A stretch of 64,000 bases of DNA from Thermoanaerobaculia bacterium (GTDB lineage: Bacteria; Acidobacteriota; Thermoanaerobaculia; UBA5066): positions 2,400,001 through 2,464,000 of the forward strand of contig CAVRAY010000001.1 of NCBI GenBank assembly GCA_963719225.1, read 5' to 3'. This document shows, in pieces, positions 38,276-48,092 of this stretch. Numbering within the stretch: position 1 is the stretch's first letter; each line of letters opens with the position of its first letter. Both the position numbers and the translations under genes were made by a program. The notes under the pieces were generated by a model, which saw only the letters and a program-made list of their open reading frames with translations, made no database searches and was not told the DNA's origin.

Positions 38276-41080
38276 TCAGGGGGCGAGCCGCTCCCTCACC
38301 TTCGCGACGCCCAGCGCGAGGGCCGGCTCGATCTGGGCCGCGTCCTTGCCGCCCGCCTGCGCGAGATCGGGCTTTCCGCCGCCCTTTCCCCCGACCGCCG
38401 GCGCCATGACCTGCGCCAGCTCGTTGGCGGAGACCCGGGCCACGAGGTCGGACGTCACGGCTGCGAGCAGCGTGACCTTGCCTTCCAGCTCGGTTCCGAG
38501 GAGGACGACGCCGGACTTCAGCTTGCTTCGGAACGTGTCGGCGAGATTACGCAGCTCGTTCGTCGGGAGCGACGGCACGCGGCGGGCGAGGACCTTCACT
38601 CCCGCAATCTCCTCGATGCCATCGTTGTCGCGGCCGGAGACGTCCGAAGAGGACGAAGAGGAAGACTTCTTAGAAGGTGAATGTCCAGAGGCAGAGGCGC
38701 CCGGCTGCCCGCCCGAGGCGACCATCGCGCCTGCGCTCACCCCCGCGCCGCCGCCCGCCAGCGCGAGATCGCGCTTGAGAGCGGCAATCTCTTTTTCTCT
38801 CCTTCTAAGCAAATCGACCATTTCCCTGAGCTTCGAGGGCAGCACGTCGAGCGGTGTGTTCACGATCTGCGAGATCTGAGAAAGGATGTCTTCGTCCCTC
38901 TGGAGCCTTTCGACCGCGTTCAGCGACGTGACCGCCTCGAGGCGGCGGACGCCCGCAGCGAGGCCCTTGTCCGAAAGGACCTTGAAGGCGCCGATTTCGC
39001 CCGTGCGCCCGACGTGACAGCCGGCGCAGAGCTCCGTCGAGAAGCCCGGCACGTCGACCACGCGAACGCGCTCGCCGTACTTCTCGCCGAAGAACATCAT
39101 GGCGCCTTTCTTCTTCGCGTCGTCCATCGACATGACGGCCTTTGACACCTCGCGGTCGCGCAGGATTTCCTCGTTTACGAGGCGCTCGATCTCGCGGATC
39201 TCCTCGGCGGTCGTCGGGCGCGAGGCCGCGTAGTCGAAGCGCAGGCGGTCCGGCGAGACGAGCGAGCCCATCTGGCGAACGCTCTCCCCGAGGACCTTCC
39301 GCAGCGCGGCATGCAGGAGGTGCGTCCCCGTATGGTTCGCCTGGGTCTTGCGGCGCGTCCACTCGGGAACACCCATAGAAACCAACTGCCCGGGGGCCAG
39401 GGCACCAGAAGAAATTCTTAGAAGGTGAAGAATGGCGCGGCCATTGGGCGCGCGGCGCGTGTCGAGGACCGTCGCGGCGCCCGCCTCGCCGCCGGTTCCC
39501 TTCCAGAGGAATTCCCCCTGGTCGGCGACCTGGCCGCCGCCCTCGGGATAGAAGACGGTGCGTTCCATGACGACCCACCCCTGCTGACCAGCGGTGAGGC
39601 GTTCGCCACGTTCGAAGAGACCCTGCTTAGAAGGTGTAAAGAGACCGAGGACTCGCCCGCCTTCCAGGCTCACGAAATCCTGCTCGGGATACCCGCGGAA
39701 TTCGGTCGTCCACGACGGATCGATCTGGTCGTCCGGCGGCAGACCGCCCTCCCCTTCGAACTTCGACGCGCCCTTGCTCCGCTCGCGGGCCGTGGCGAGC
39801 TCCTTTTCGAAGCCCGCAACGTCCAGCTTGACGCCTTCATCAGAAGAAATCTCTTCGATCGTCTCCAGCGGAACACCATACGTGTCATAGAGGCGGAAGG
39901 CAGCCTCGCCCGAAAGAAGCGCCTCGCCGCGACGCCGCATTTCCGAGATCGCCTCGCCGACGCGGTCGACGCCGACAGACATCGTCTTCGCAAAGCGCGC
40001 CTCTTCTTCTTCGATCAACCCGAAGATCGCCTTTGCGCCGGGATTCTCTTCACCTTCAAAGAAAATCTCCAATGACTCCGTTACCCCGGGGACGAGCCTG
40101 AAGAGGAACGTATCGACGATGCCCAGCCGGCGCCCGTACCGGACTGCACGCCGAATGATCTTTCGCAGAACGTATCCGCGGCCTTCATTCGAAGGAATGA
40201 CTCCGTCCGCGATGAGCATCGTCGCGGCGCGGGCGTGATCGGCGACGACCCGGAACGGCGCGTCTTCGACCGCCATCCCTCCGACGTACTTCCGGCCTGA
40301 GATTGCCTCGATCTTCGCGATGATTCGCGCGAACAGGTCCGTGTCGTAGTTGTTGTTCTTTCCCTCGAGGATCGCGGTGATGCGCTCGAGGCCGGCGCCC
40401 GTGTCGACGCTCGGCTTCGGGAGCGGGGTCATCTTCCCGGAGGCGTCGCGGTCGAACTGCATGAAGACGAGATTCCAGATCTCCATGACGCGATCGCCTG
40501 CGCCGTTCGGCGTCGCGTCGCCGGGCACTCCGTCGCCCTGGTCGTAGTGGATCTCGCTGCACGGGCCGCAGGGACCCGTATCGCCCATCGACCAGAAGTT
40601 GTCCTTCTCGCCGAAGCGGGCGATGCGTTCTTTCGGGAGGTACTTCCCCCACAGCGCGGCCGCCTCGTCGTCGTCCGTGAAGACCGTCGCCCACAGGCGC
40701 GAGGGGTGGAGCCCGTAGCGTCCCGTGACGAGCTCCCACGCGTAGTCGACCGCCTCCTCCTTGAAGTAATCGCCGAAGGAGAAATTGCCGAGCATCTCGA
40801 AGAAAGTGTGGTGCCGCGCCGTGTATCCCACGTTGTCGAGGTCGTTGTGCTTGCCGCCCGCGCGCACGCACTTCTGCGAGGAGGTCGCCCGCACGTAGCC
40901 GCGCTTCTCCCGCCCGAGGAAGAGGTCCTTGAACTGGTTCATCCCCGCGTTCGTGAAGAGCAGGGTCGGATCCTCGGCCGGCACGAGCGAGGAGGACGCC
41001 ACGCGCGTGTGCCCCTTCTCCTCGAAGAAGGACAGGAACGTCTCGCGGACCTTGCGGGAGGTCCAGCCGGAGGCCGCCAT
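38276..41080 (-). CDS. alaS: Alanine--tRNA ligase
   Basis: FTNAGMNQFK, HHTFFEMLGNFSFGDYFK, NHTGTHLLH and GGKGGG. Confidence 0.97.
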   Translation of the reverse strand: MAASGWTSRKVRETFLSFFEEKGHTRVASSSLVPAEDPTLLFTNAGMNQFKDLFLGREKRGYVRATSSQKCVRAGGKHNDLDNVGYTARHHTFFEMLGNFSFGDYFKEEAVDYAWELVTGRYGLHPSRLWATVFTDDDEAAALWGKYLPKERIARFGEKDNFWSMGDTGPCGPCSEIHYDQGDGVPGDATPNGAGDRVMEIWNLVFMQFDRDASGKMTPLPKPSVDTGAGLERITAILEGKNNNYDTDLFARIIAKIEAISGRKYVGGMAVEDAPFRVVADHARAATMLIADGVIPSNEGRGYVLRKIIRRAVRYGRRLGIVDTFLFRLVPGVTESLEIFFEGEENPGAKAIFGLIEEEEARFAKTMSVGVDRVGEAISEMRRRGEALLSGEAAFRLYDTYGVPLETIEEISSDEGVKLDVAGFEKELATARERSKGASKFEGEGGLPPDDQIDPSWTTEFRGYPEQDFVSLEGGRVLGLFTPSKQGLFERGERLTAGQQGWVVMERTVFYPEGGGQVADQGEFLWKGTGGEAGAATVLDTRRAPNGRAILHLLRISSGALAPGQLVSMGVPEWTRRKTQANHTGTHLLHAALRKVLGESVRQMGSLVSPDRLRFDYAASRPTTAEEIREIERLVNEEILRDREVSKAVMSMDDAKKKGAMMFFGEKYGERVRVVDVPGFSTELCAGCHVGRTGEIGAFKVLSDKGLAAGVRRLEAVTSLNAVERLQRDEDILSQISQIVNTPLDVLPSKLREMVDLLRRREKEIAALKRDLALAGGGAGVSAGAMVASGGQPGASASGHSPSKKSSSSSSSDVSGRDNDGIEEIAGVKVLARRVPSLPTNELRNLADTFRSKLKSGVVLLGTELEGKVTLLAAVTSDLVARVSANELAQVMAPAVGGKGGGKPDLAQAGGKDAAQIEPALALGVAKVRERLAP
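38667..38811. repeat. Inverted motif pair TTCTTAGAA (38667) / TTCTAAGCA (38803), 136 bp apart
   Basis: Read directly; inside alaS. Confidence 0.85.
39415..39632. repeat. Direct motif pair TTCTTAGAA (39415) / TGCTTAGAA (39624), 209 bp apart
   Basis: Read directly; both are followed by GGTG and lie inside alaS. Confidence 0.8.
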
Positions 41081-41114
41081 GGCTCGGAGGATAAGGGGTC
41101 TCCCCCCCACCCCC

Positions 41115-42293
41115 CTAGCCAGGCTGGTTGGAGAAGTCGAACGGCGAGGCCGCCTCCTCCGAGCTGAGCGCATCGGGCGACTGCAGGGCGCCTTCCATGA
41201 GCTCGTTCGCGATGTCCGACGTCGACTGGATGCCCTGCACCTTGAGCTTGAACTCGTTCGGGTTCGACGAGCGGCGGATCGCCTCGTCCAGCGTGATGAG
41301 GCCCGTCTTGTAGAGCTGGAAGAGCGACTGGTCGAACGTCTGCATCCCGTACTGCGAGGTACCGGCCTTGATCGCGTCGTGGATGTACTTCGTCTTTTCC
41401 TTGTTCTCGATGCAATCGCGGATGTAGTTCGTCGCCACGAGCACCTCGACGGCCGGCACGCGGCCGAGGCCGTCCGCGCGCGGGAGGAGGCGCATCGAGC
41501 ACACGGCCTTGATGACGGCCGCGAGCTGGAGGCGGATCTGCTTCTGCTGGTGGGGCGGGAAGACCGAGATGATGCGGTTGACCGTCTCGGTCGCGTCCAT
41601 CGTGTGGAGCGTCGACATGACGAGGTGGCCCGTCTCTGCGGCCACGAGAGCCGTCTCGACGGTCTCGAAGTCGCGCATCTCGCCCACGAGGATGACGTCC
41701 GGGTCCTGCCGGAGGGCGGCGCGGATCGCCGACGCGAACGAGCGCGTGTCCACCTCGAGCTCGCGCTGGTTGATGATCGATTTCTTGTCGCGATGGAGGA
41801 ACTCGACCGGGTCCTCGATCGTCATGATGTGCTCGGCGCGGGTCGAGTTGATGTAGTCGATCATCGCGGCGAGCGACGTGGACTTGCCCGAGCCGGTCGT
41901 CCCGGTCACGAGGATGAGGCCGCGCGTCTCCTCGCAGATTTTCTCGAGAATGGGCGGGAGGAGAAGGTCACGGACCGTGAGGATGCGGGCCGGGATGACG
42001 CGGCAGACCATTCCCACCGTCCCGCGCTGCTGGAAGATGTTGCAGCGGAACCGCCCGAGCCCCGGCACCGAGTACGCGATGTCGATCTCGAAGTTGTTCT
42101 TGAACTTTTCCTTCTGCCGCGAAGACATGATCGAGAACGCCATCGCGATCGTGTCTTCCTGCATCAGGCGCTTGAGGTCCACGAGCGGGGTCAGCTCGCC
42201 GTCGACCCGGATGATCGGATGCGCACCGACCTTCAGGTGGAGGTCGGACGCTTTCCGCTCGACCGAGATCTTGAGCAGGTCGTTGATGTGCAT
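41115..42293 (-). CDS. pilT: Type IV pilus retraction ATPase, PilT/PilU family
   Basis: ASDLHL, GTTGSGKSTS, TIEDPVE, LRQDPDVILVGEMRD and GMQTFDQSL. Confidence 0.9.
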   Translation of the reverse strand: MHINDLLKISVERKASDLHLKVGAHPIIRVDGELTPLVDLKRLMQEDTIAMAFSIMSSRQKEKFKNNFEIDIAYSVPGLGRFRCNIFQQRGTVGMVCRVIPARILTVRDLLLPPILEKICEETRGLILVTGTTGSGKSTSLAAMIDYINSTRAEHIMTIEDPVEFLHRDKKSIINQRELEVDTRSFASAIRAALRQDPDVILVGEMRDFETVETALVAAETGHLVMSTLHTMDATETVNRIISVFPPHQQKQIRLQLAAVIKAVCSMRLLPRADGLGRVPAVEVLVATNYIRDCIENKEKTKYIHDAIKAGTSQYGMQTFDQSLFQLYKTGLITLDEAIRRSSNPNEFKLKVQGIQSTSDIANELMEGALQSPDALSSEEAASPFDFSNQPG

Positions 42294-42420
42294 GAGCGAC
42301 CTCCGGGCCCTTACGGGATTCGGGCAAGGATAAGACTTTTCAGGCACTTGGGTCAACGCGGGGGGTGACACCGAGGCTCGATCTCGCTGTATATTTCGGG
42401 GGCGCCGAGGGAGGACGAAG

Positions 42421-43053
42421 ATGGCCGACGACAAGCCTCACCGACCCGACGAAACGAGCGGCGTCACCCGCCGCGGCCTCATCAAGGGAATCGCGAGCGC
42501 CGTGACCGCAGCCTCGGCGGGCGCAACGGCGCTGCTCGTCGAGACGCGCCACGAGCTCGAGGCCGCGAGCCCCTCCGGGCCGATGGCCGTGAGCGTCACG
42601 GTGAACGGCGCCGTGAAGACGGGCTCTTTCGAGCCGCGCGTGACGCTCGCGGAAGCTTTGCGCGATTCGTGGGGCCTGACGGGGACGAAAGTCGGGTGCG
42701 ACCGTGGAGCGTGCGGCGCCTGCACGGTCCTGCTCGACGGCATCCCCGTGAATTCCTGCCTCACGCTGGTCCACGACGCGGACAAGAGGAAAGTCACGAC
42801 GATCGAGGGCCTCGGCACGCCCGAGTCCCTCGCGCCCATCCAACGGGCCTTCCTCACGGCGGACGCGCTGCAGTGCGGCTTCTGCACCCCGGGCATGGTC
42901 GTTTCGTGCGCGGCGCTCCTCGCGAAGACCCCGAAGCCCTCGCCGGACGAGGTGAAGAACGCCGTGAGCGGCAATCTCTGCCGGTGCGGAACGTACCTCG
43001 GCGTCCTCGATGCCTGCCGGATGGCGGGAGAGACGGGGGTGGCCCGTGGCTGA
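42421..43053 (+). CDS. Xanthine dehydrogenase family 2x[2Fe-2S] subunit with Tat signal (PaoA/YagT-like)
   Basis: TRRGLIKG twin-arginine motif; GCDRGACGACT, QCGFCTPG and GNLCRCG. Confidence 0.9.
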   Translation: MADDKPHRPDETSGVTRRGLIKGIASAVTAASAGATALLVETRHELEAASPSGPMAVSVTVNGAVKTGSFEPRVTLAEALRDSWGLTGTKVGCDRGACGACTVLLDGIPVNSCLTLVHDADKRKVTTIEGLGTPESLAPIQRAFLTADALQCGFCTPGMVVSCAALLAKTPKPSPDEVKNAVSGNLCRCGTYLGVLDACRMAGETGVARG

Positions 43054-45415
43054 AGAGAAGAAGCTGGAGAAAGAAAAGACTTCTATGAAGGTGCCCGACG
43101 CGACGGGGACCGAGACGGTCGTCGAAATAGGCCTCGCTGGCCATACCCTTTCCAAGAGAATCCTTCTTCCTCCCGGCGATCCCGTTCCGTACGACAAGGT
43201 CGACCGTCCGCTGACCGGCAAGCGCCGCCCGCGCCTCGACGGCCCCCAGAAGGTGACCGGCCGGGCCACCTACACGCACGACGTCAGCCGGCCCGGAATG
43301 CTCTACGGGCGCGTCGTGCGGTCTCCCCACGCACACGCCGACATCGTGTCGATCGACACCTCGAAGCTCGACGCGATGGGCGTGGTCTGGGTCAAACCGG
43401 ACAAGAAGAAGGTTCGATACCACGGTGAGGCGGTGCTCGCGCTCGCAGCGGCGACGCCCCAGCTCGCCGACGACGCGCTTCACGCCGTGGCCGTGAAATA
43501 CGACGTGAAGCCGCACACGGTGAGGCTCGTCGACGCGATGAAAGACGGTGCCCCGCTCGTCTTCGAGAAGCCCGTCGAGGAGAAGCGCTCCGCCGGCGAC
43601 GCGCCCGCGGCAGGCGGGGCGGTGGCCCAGCACGGCAATGTGCGCGGCCCGAAGACCTCCGGGAAGGGCGACGTCGCGAAGGGCTTCGCGGAAGCCGACG
43701 CCACGCTCGAGCTGACGATGACGACCGCCGTGCAAACGCACGTCCCCATGGAGACGCACTCGCTCTTCGCCGAATGGGAAGGCGACAACCTGAAGGTGTA
43801 CGCCTCCACTCAGGGCACGTTCACCGTCAAGGACGAGCTCGCGACCGTCCTCGGAATCCCGAAGGACAAGGTCGAAGTCGTGACGGAGTACGTCGGAGGG
43901 GGCTTCGGCGCGAAGTTCGGGGCCGGCGACTACGGCGTCTTCGCGGCGCAGCTCGCGAAGAAGGCCGGCAAGCCGGTGAAGCTGGTCCTCGACCGGAAAG
44001 AAGAGCACCTCGCCGCGGGGAACCGGCCGGACTCCATCAACACGATCAAGGTCGGATACAAGAAGGACGGGACCGTGACGGCCGTCCAGTACACGTCCGT
44101 GGGGACCGCCGGCGTCGCCACCGGGACGGGAACAGGCTCCTTCGCGAAGAACGCGTACGGCTTCGAGAACGTCAAGGTCGACGAGTCTGACGTCTTCACG
44201 CACCTCGGCCCCGGATGTGCGATGCGCGCCCCCGGGCACCCGCAGGGAGCGTTCACCGTGGAGGCCGCCCTCGACGCGGTCGCCGAGGCGTGCGGGCTCG
44301 ACCCGCTCGCCGTGCGCTTCAAGAACGATCCTTCCGAGATCCGCCGCGCGGAATGGGAAGCGGCGGCGAAGGCCATCGGCTGGTCGCGCCGCGACGCGAT
44401 CACACGGGCGAACAAGGCCGCGGCGGCCGCCGGCCTTCCTCTCCGGCGCGGGCTCGGATGCGCCGCTGCCGTCTGGTACAACATCGTCAACAAGGGCTCG
44501 CAGGTCCAGGTCCGGATCCACAAGGACGGCGCCGTCGAGGTCGAAAACGGCGTCCAGGAGATCGGCTGCGGCATCCGCACGGCGATCGGACTCGTGACCG
44601 CGGAGGAGCTGGGCCTCCCCGTCGAGGCCGTGAGCGTTCACATCGGCAACTCGAAGTATCCCTACGGGCCCGCCTCCGGTGGGTCGACGACGACGGCCTC
44701 CCTCATCCCCGCCGTCCGCGCGGCGGCTTTCCACGCGGCGCGGAAGATGGCCGAGATCGCCGCTCCGCTCCTCGGGGCGAAGCCGGAAGACGTCAAGCTC
44801 GAGGGCGGCGCGTTCCTCGCGAACGGAAAGCGCGCCGACTGGGCGAAGGTCTGCTCGCGGATGAGCGGAGAGTCGATCCTCGCGACCGGCGACCGCGCTC
44901 CCGACTACGACGGGGCCGATCCGCGCCTCCTGGGCGCGCAGTTCGCCGACGTCGTCGTGGACGTCGAGACGGGCGTCGTGAAGGTCGAGAAGGTCGCCGC
45001 CGCGCACACATGCGGCCTTCCCGTGTGGAGGACGGGCGTCGAGAGCCAGATCCGGGGCGGCGTGCTGCAGGGCGTCAGCTACGCGCTCTTCGAGGAGCGC
45101 GTCATCGACCTTCCGACGGGCCGCTTCCTGAACCCGAACATCGAGCAGTACAAGATCCTCGGCGCCAAGGACGTCCCCGAGGTCGTGACCATCGTCCTCG
45201 ACCTCTTCGCCGGCAAGAACAACGCGCACGTGAGAGGCATCGGCGAGCCCGCCACCGTCCCGACCGCCGCGGCGATCGCAAACGCCGTCTCCCACGCGCT
45301 CGGCAGCCGCGTCACGGACCTGCCCATCACGCCGGCGCGCATCCTGGCCGCCGCACCCACCATCGTCAATCCGCTCCGCGCCGAAAGGCCGGCGGGAGCC
45401 GAGGTGAAATCATGA
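43046..45415 (+). CDS. Xanthine dehydrogenase family molybdopterin-binding subunit
   Basis: KVTGRATY, VGGGFGAK, AMRAPG, GGSTT and GIGEP. Confidence 0.92.
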   Translation: MAEEKKLEKEKTSMKVPDATGTETVVEIGLAGHTLSKRILLPPGDPVPYDKVDRPLTGKRRPRLDGPQKVTGRATYTHDVSRPGMLYGRVVRSPHAHADIVSIDTSKLDAMGVVWVKPDKKKVRYHGEAVLALAAATPQLADDALHAVAVKYDVKPHTVRLVDAMKDGAPLVFEKPVEEKRSAGDAPAAGGAVAQHGNVRGPKTSGKGDVAKGFAEADATLELTMTTAVQTHVPMETHSLFAEWEGDNLKVYASTQGTFTVKDELATVLGIPKDKVEVVTEYVGGGFGAKFGAGDYGVFAAQLAKKAGKPVKLVLDRKEEHLAAGNRPDSINTIKVGYKKDGTVTAVQYTSVGTAGVATGTGTGSFAKNAYGFENVKVDESDVFTHLGPGCAMRAPGHPQGAFTVEAALDAVAEACGLDPLAVRFKNDPSEIRRAEWEAAAKAIGWSRRDAITRANKAAAAAGLPLRRGLGCAAAVWYNIVNKGSQVQVRIHKDGAVEVENGVQEIGCGIRTAIGLVTAEELGLPVEAVSVHIGNSKYPYGPASGGSTTTASLIPAVRAAAFHAARKMAEIAAPLLGAKPEDVKLEGGAFLANGKRADWAKVCSRMSGESILATGDRAPDYDGADPRLLGAQFADVVVDVETGVVKVEKVAAAHTCGLPVWRTGVESQIRGGVLQGVSYALFEERVIDLPTGRFLNPNIEQYKILGAKDVPEVVTIVLDLFAGKNNAHVRGIGEPATVPTAAAIANAVSHALGSRVTDLPITPARILAAAPTIVNPLRAERPAGAEVKS

Positions 45416-46423
45416 AGGCGTTCGAGCGCGTTCAGCCCGCCTCGTGGGAAGACGCGGCCGCCGCCCTGGCGGCCGCGAAAAAGGCCGGCGTCGCCGCCGA
45501 GGCGAAGGGCGCCGGGACGGACATCCTCGACCGGCTCAAGGAGCGGAGCGCCGCGCCGGACCGCCTCGTCGACCTCCGCCGGCTCACGGGAAACGACACC
45601 ATCGAGAAGTCTCCTTCCCAGATCGCGATCGGCGCCCTCGTCACGCTGACGCGCGTCGCCGAAGGCCTGCGCGCCGAGCTCCCCGCCCTCGCCGCCGCGT
45701 GCGAAGGCGCGGCGACCCCGCAGATCCGGAACGCCGCGACACTCGCGGGAAACCTCTGCCAGCGCCCGCGGTGCTGGTACTTCCGCTCCGCCGACTTCAC
45801 CTGCCTGAAGAAGGGCGGAGGCGAGTGCTATGCGCAAAAGGGCGAGAACGCGTTCCACGCCATCTTCGGGAACCGCACGTGCGCGATCGTCCACCCTTCG
45901 GCGGCAGGAGTCGCGCTCGCGGCGTACGGAGCGCGCGATCGAGACTCTCTCCGCGGGATCCAAGCGGACGATTCCGATCGCCGATTTTTTCGTGACTCCC
46001 GAGGTGAACCTCGCGGGTGAGAACGCGCTCGCCGACGGTGAGCTCATCACCCGCATCGTCGTGCCCCGCCGCGCGGGCCTTCGATCGGCCTACCGCAAGA
46101 TCAAGCACAAGCAGACTTTTGACTGGCCGCTCGCCGACGCCACCGTTGTCTACCGCGACGACGGAGGCATCGCCCGCGACGTGAGAATCGTGATCGGGTC
46201 GGCAGCTCCCGTGCCGTGGCGCGTGAAGAAGGCCGAGGCGCTCGTCGAGGGTCAACACATCGACGGAACGCTCGCCGCGCGGGCTGCCGCCGCCGCGACC
46301 GAAGGCGCCACGCCGCTCGCGGGCAACGCGTACAAGCTGCCGCTCGTCTCGGCGGCCGTCCGGCGCGCGCTGCTGGGCGCCGCGGGGCTTCCCGACGGGA
46401 CCGAAAGGGCACCACAGGCATGA
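45412..46423 (+). CDS. Xanthine dehydrogenase family FAD-binding subunit (PaoB/YagS-like), frameshifted near 45931-45937
   Basis: GAGTD and TPQIRNAATLAGNLCQRPRCWYFR in one frame; IETL..TIPIADFF..APVPWR..NAYK in the next frame. Confidence 0.85.
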
Positions 46424-46653
46424 GCGAAACGGCATTCAACGACATCCGGCCCGACCCCGCGGCATGCTGCCGCCACCTGCGCACGAAGATGATGTCCGTC
46501 GTCATGGAGTGGGACGAGCACGCCGCCGAATACCCGTCCACGAGCGCGGCCTACTGGTGCCTGAAGACGATGGGGCCCGTGGGCCCCGACGACGGCCCCG
46601 CGGCGCTCGACGACTGCCGGGCCGGCCGACCCTGCTTCCAGGCTCAGCTGTAA
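46420..46653 (+). CDS. Small Cys-rich hypothetical protein (77 aa)
   Basis: ATGA overlap; CCRHLRTK...YWCLKT..GPDD...C..GRPCF. Confidence 0.72.
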   Translation: MSETAFNDIRPDPAACCRHLRTKMMSVVMEWDEHAAEYPSTSAAYWCLKTMGPVGPDDGPAALDDCRAGRPCFQAQL

Positions 46654-46686
46654 AAGGCGGCGGGCGGGCAGAAGAGCGAGATCGAG

Positions 46687-47307
46687 CTGTTCGTCTCCGG
46701 AGTTCTTCTCGCGGCAGGTGCCTCCACGCGCTTCGGATCTTCGAAGATGCTCGCGCCGGTCGGAGAAGAAAAAACACCTTTGCTTCGCAGGGTGCTGGAG
46801 ACATGGCTCGCATCCGGGTTCGACGAGGTGATCGTCGTTCTGGGAAGGGATGCCGCTGACATTCGAGCCAGGCTCGAAGAGAACCTGCTTAGAAGGGTCA
46901 ATGGGGAAGAATCAGCCGCAGCGCCTGTCCGCTTCGTCGAGAACCCGAAGTGGGAGGCTGGGATGTTTTCTTCTGTGAAAGCGGGGCTCGCCGCGACGTC
47001 CGCCCACTCGACGCACATCGCCATCTCCCCCGCCGATCTTCCCTTTCTAAGCAAAGGTACTCTTCGGACCGTGATCGGTGCAGCAGCCTCCGCCGACGAG
47101 CGCACGGTCGTCGTTCCGACCTTCGGCCGCCGCCGCGGGCATCCGCTCGTGATTCCCGCGTCCCTTCGGGCGCGTCTGCTCTCCTGGCCCGACACCGCCC
47201 GCTTGAATCTTCTCTTCGAGGAAAAAGATCTCTCGGTCCTCCATCTCGAAGGCTTCGATGAAAGCATCCTTCATGACGTCGACACGCCGGGCGATCTCTC
47301 CCGATGA
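46687..47307 (+). CDS. Molybdenum cofactor cytidylyltransferase-like nucleotidyltransferase (MocA family); start non-canonical or uncertain
   Basis: GVLLAAGASTRFGSSK lies upstream of the first ATG; GMFSS, ADLP, GHP and DVDTPGD. Confidence 0.82.
   Translation: MFVSGVLLAAGASTRFGSSKMLAPVGEEKTPLLRRVLETWLASGFDEVIVVLGRDAADIRARLEENLLRRVNGEESAAAPVRFVENPKWEAGMFSSVKAGLAATSAHSTHIAISPADLPFLSKGTLRTVIGAAASADERTVVVPTFGRRRGHPLVIPASLRARLLSWPDTARLNLLFEEKDLSVLHLEGFDESILHDVDTPGDLSR
46886..47053. repeat. Inverted motif pair TGCTTAGAA (46886) / TTCTAAGCA (47045), 159 bp apart
   Basis: Read directly; inside the mocA-like gene. Confidence 0.85.
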
Positions 47308-48092
47308 GCAGCCGACTCCTCACCGAGCTTCCCGCCCTGCTGGAAGTCCATGGCCAGCTCGCGATGGCGACGGTGGTCTCCGCCGTCGGATCCACGCCCC
47401 GCGAGACCACGGCCCGCATGCTCGTCCTGCCCGACGGATCGACCGTCGGGACGATCGGCGGCGGGAAGTTCGAGTCGCTCGTCGTCGGGGATGCCCGGAA
47501 GCTCCTCGAGTCCCACGGTCTTCCTTTTACCCACGACTATGCCTTCGTGCCGACGGGGGAGGGCTCGTTCGGCGCGGTCTGCGGCGGGACGGCCACCGTC
47601 CTTCTCGAGATCGTCGAGCGTGCGCCGCATCTCCTCGTCGTCGGCGCCGGGCATTGCGGCCGCGCGCTCGCGCGCGCCGCGCGCTTCACGGGCTGGGACG
47701 TGACGGTCGCCGACGAAAGGCCCGCGCAGCTCGATCCGGCGGCGTTCCCGGACGGCGTCCGGCTGGTGCATGTGAAGGACGACTACTCGGACCTGCCCAT
47801 CCCCGCTCCACGTGATTCCGTCGCTCTCGTTTCGCGCGGGCACGTGACGGACGGCCGCGCCTTTCGCCGCCTCCGCGGCGTCCCCCTCGCCTATCTCGGG
47901 ATGATCGGCAGCAAGGCGAAGCGAAAGGCTCTTTTCGACGAGCTGCGTGCCGAGGGCTATACGGAGGCCGAGCTCAATCGCGCGCACAACCCCATCGGCC
48001 TCGAGATCGGGGCGGAGTCCCCCGAGGAGATCGCGATCGCGATCATGGCGGAGCTGATCGCGACCCGGCGCAAGGCCGATGGGCGGACGTGA
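47304..48092 (+). CDS. XdhC family molybdoenzyme maturation protein
   Basis: GSTPR, GTIGGG, CGG, GAGH, YLGMIGS and PIGLEIGAESPEEIAIAI. Confidence 0.92.
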   Translation: MSSRLLTELPALLEVHGQLAMATVVSAVGSTPRETTARMLVLPDGSTVGTIGGGKFESLVVGDARKLLESHGLPFTHDYAFVPTGEGSFGAVCGGTATVLLEIVERAPHLLVVGAGHCGRALARAARFTGWDVTVADERPAQLDPAAFPDGVRLVHVKDDYSDLPIPAPRDSVALVSRGHVTDGRAFRRLRGVPLAYLGMIGSKAKRKALFDELRAEGYTEAELNRAHNPIGLEIGAESPEEIAIAIMAELIATRRKADGRT

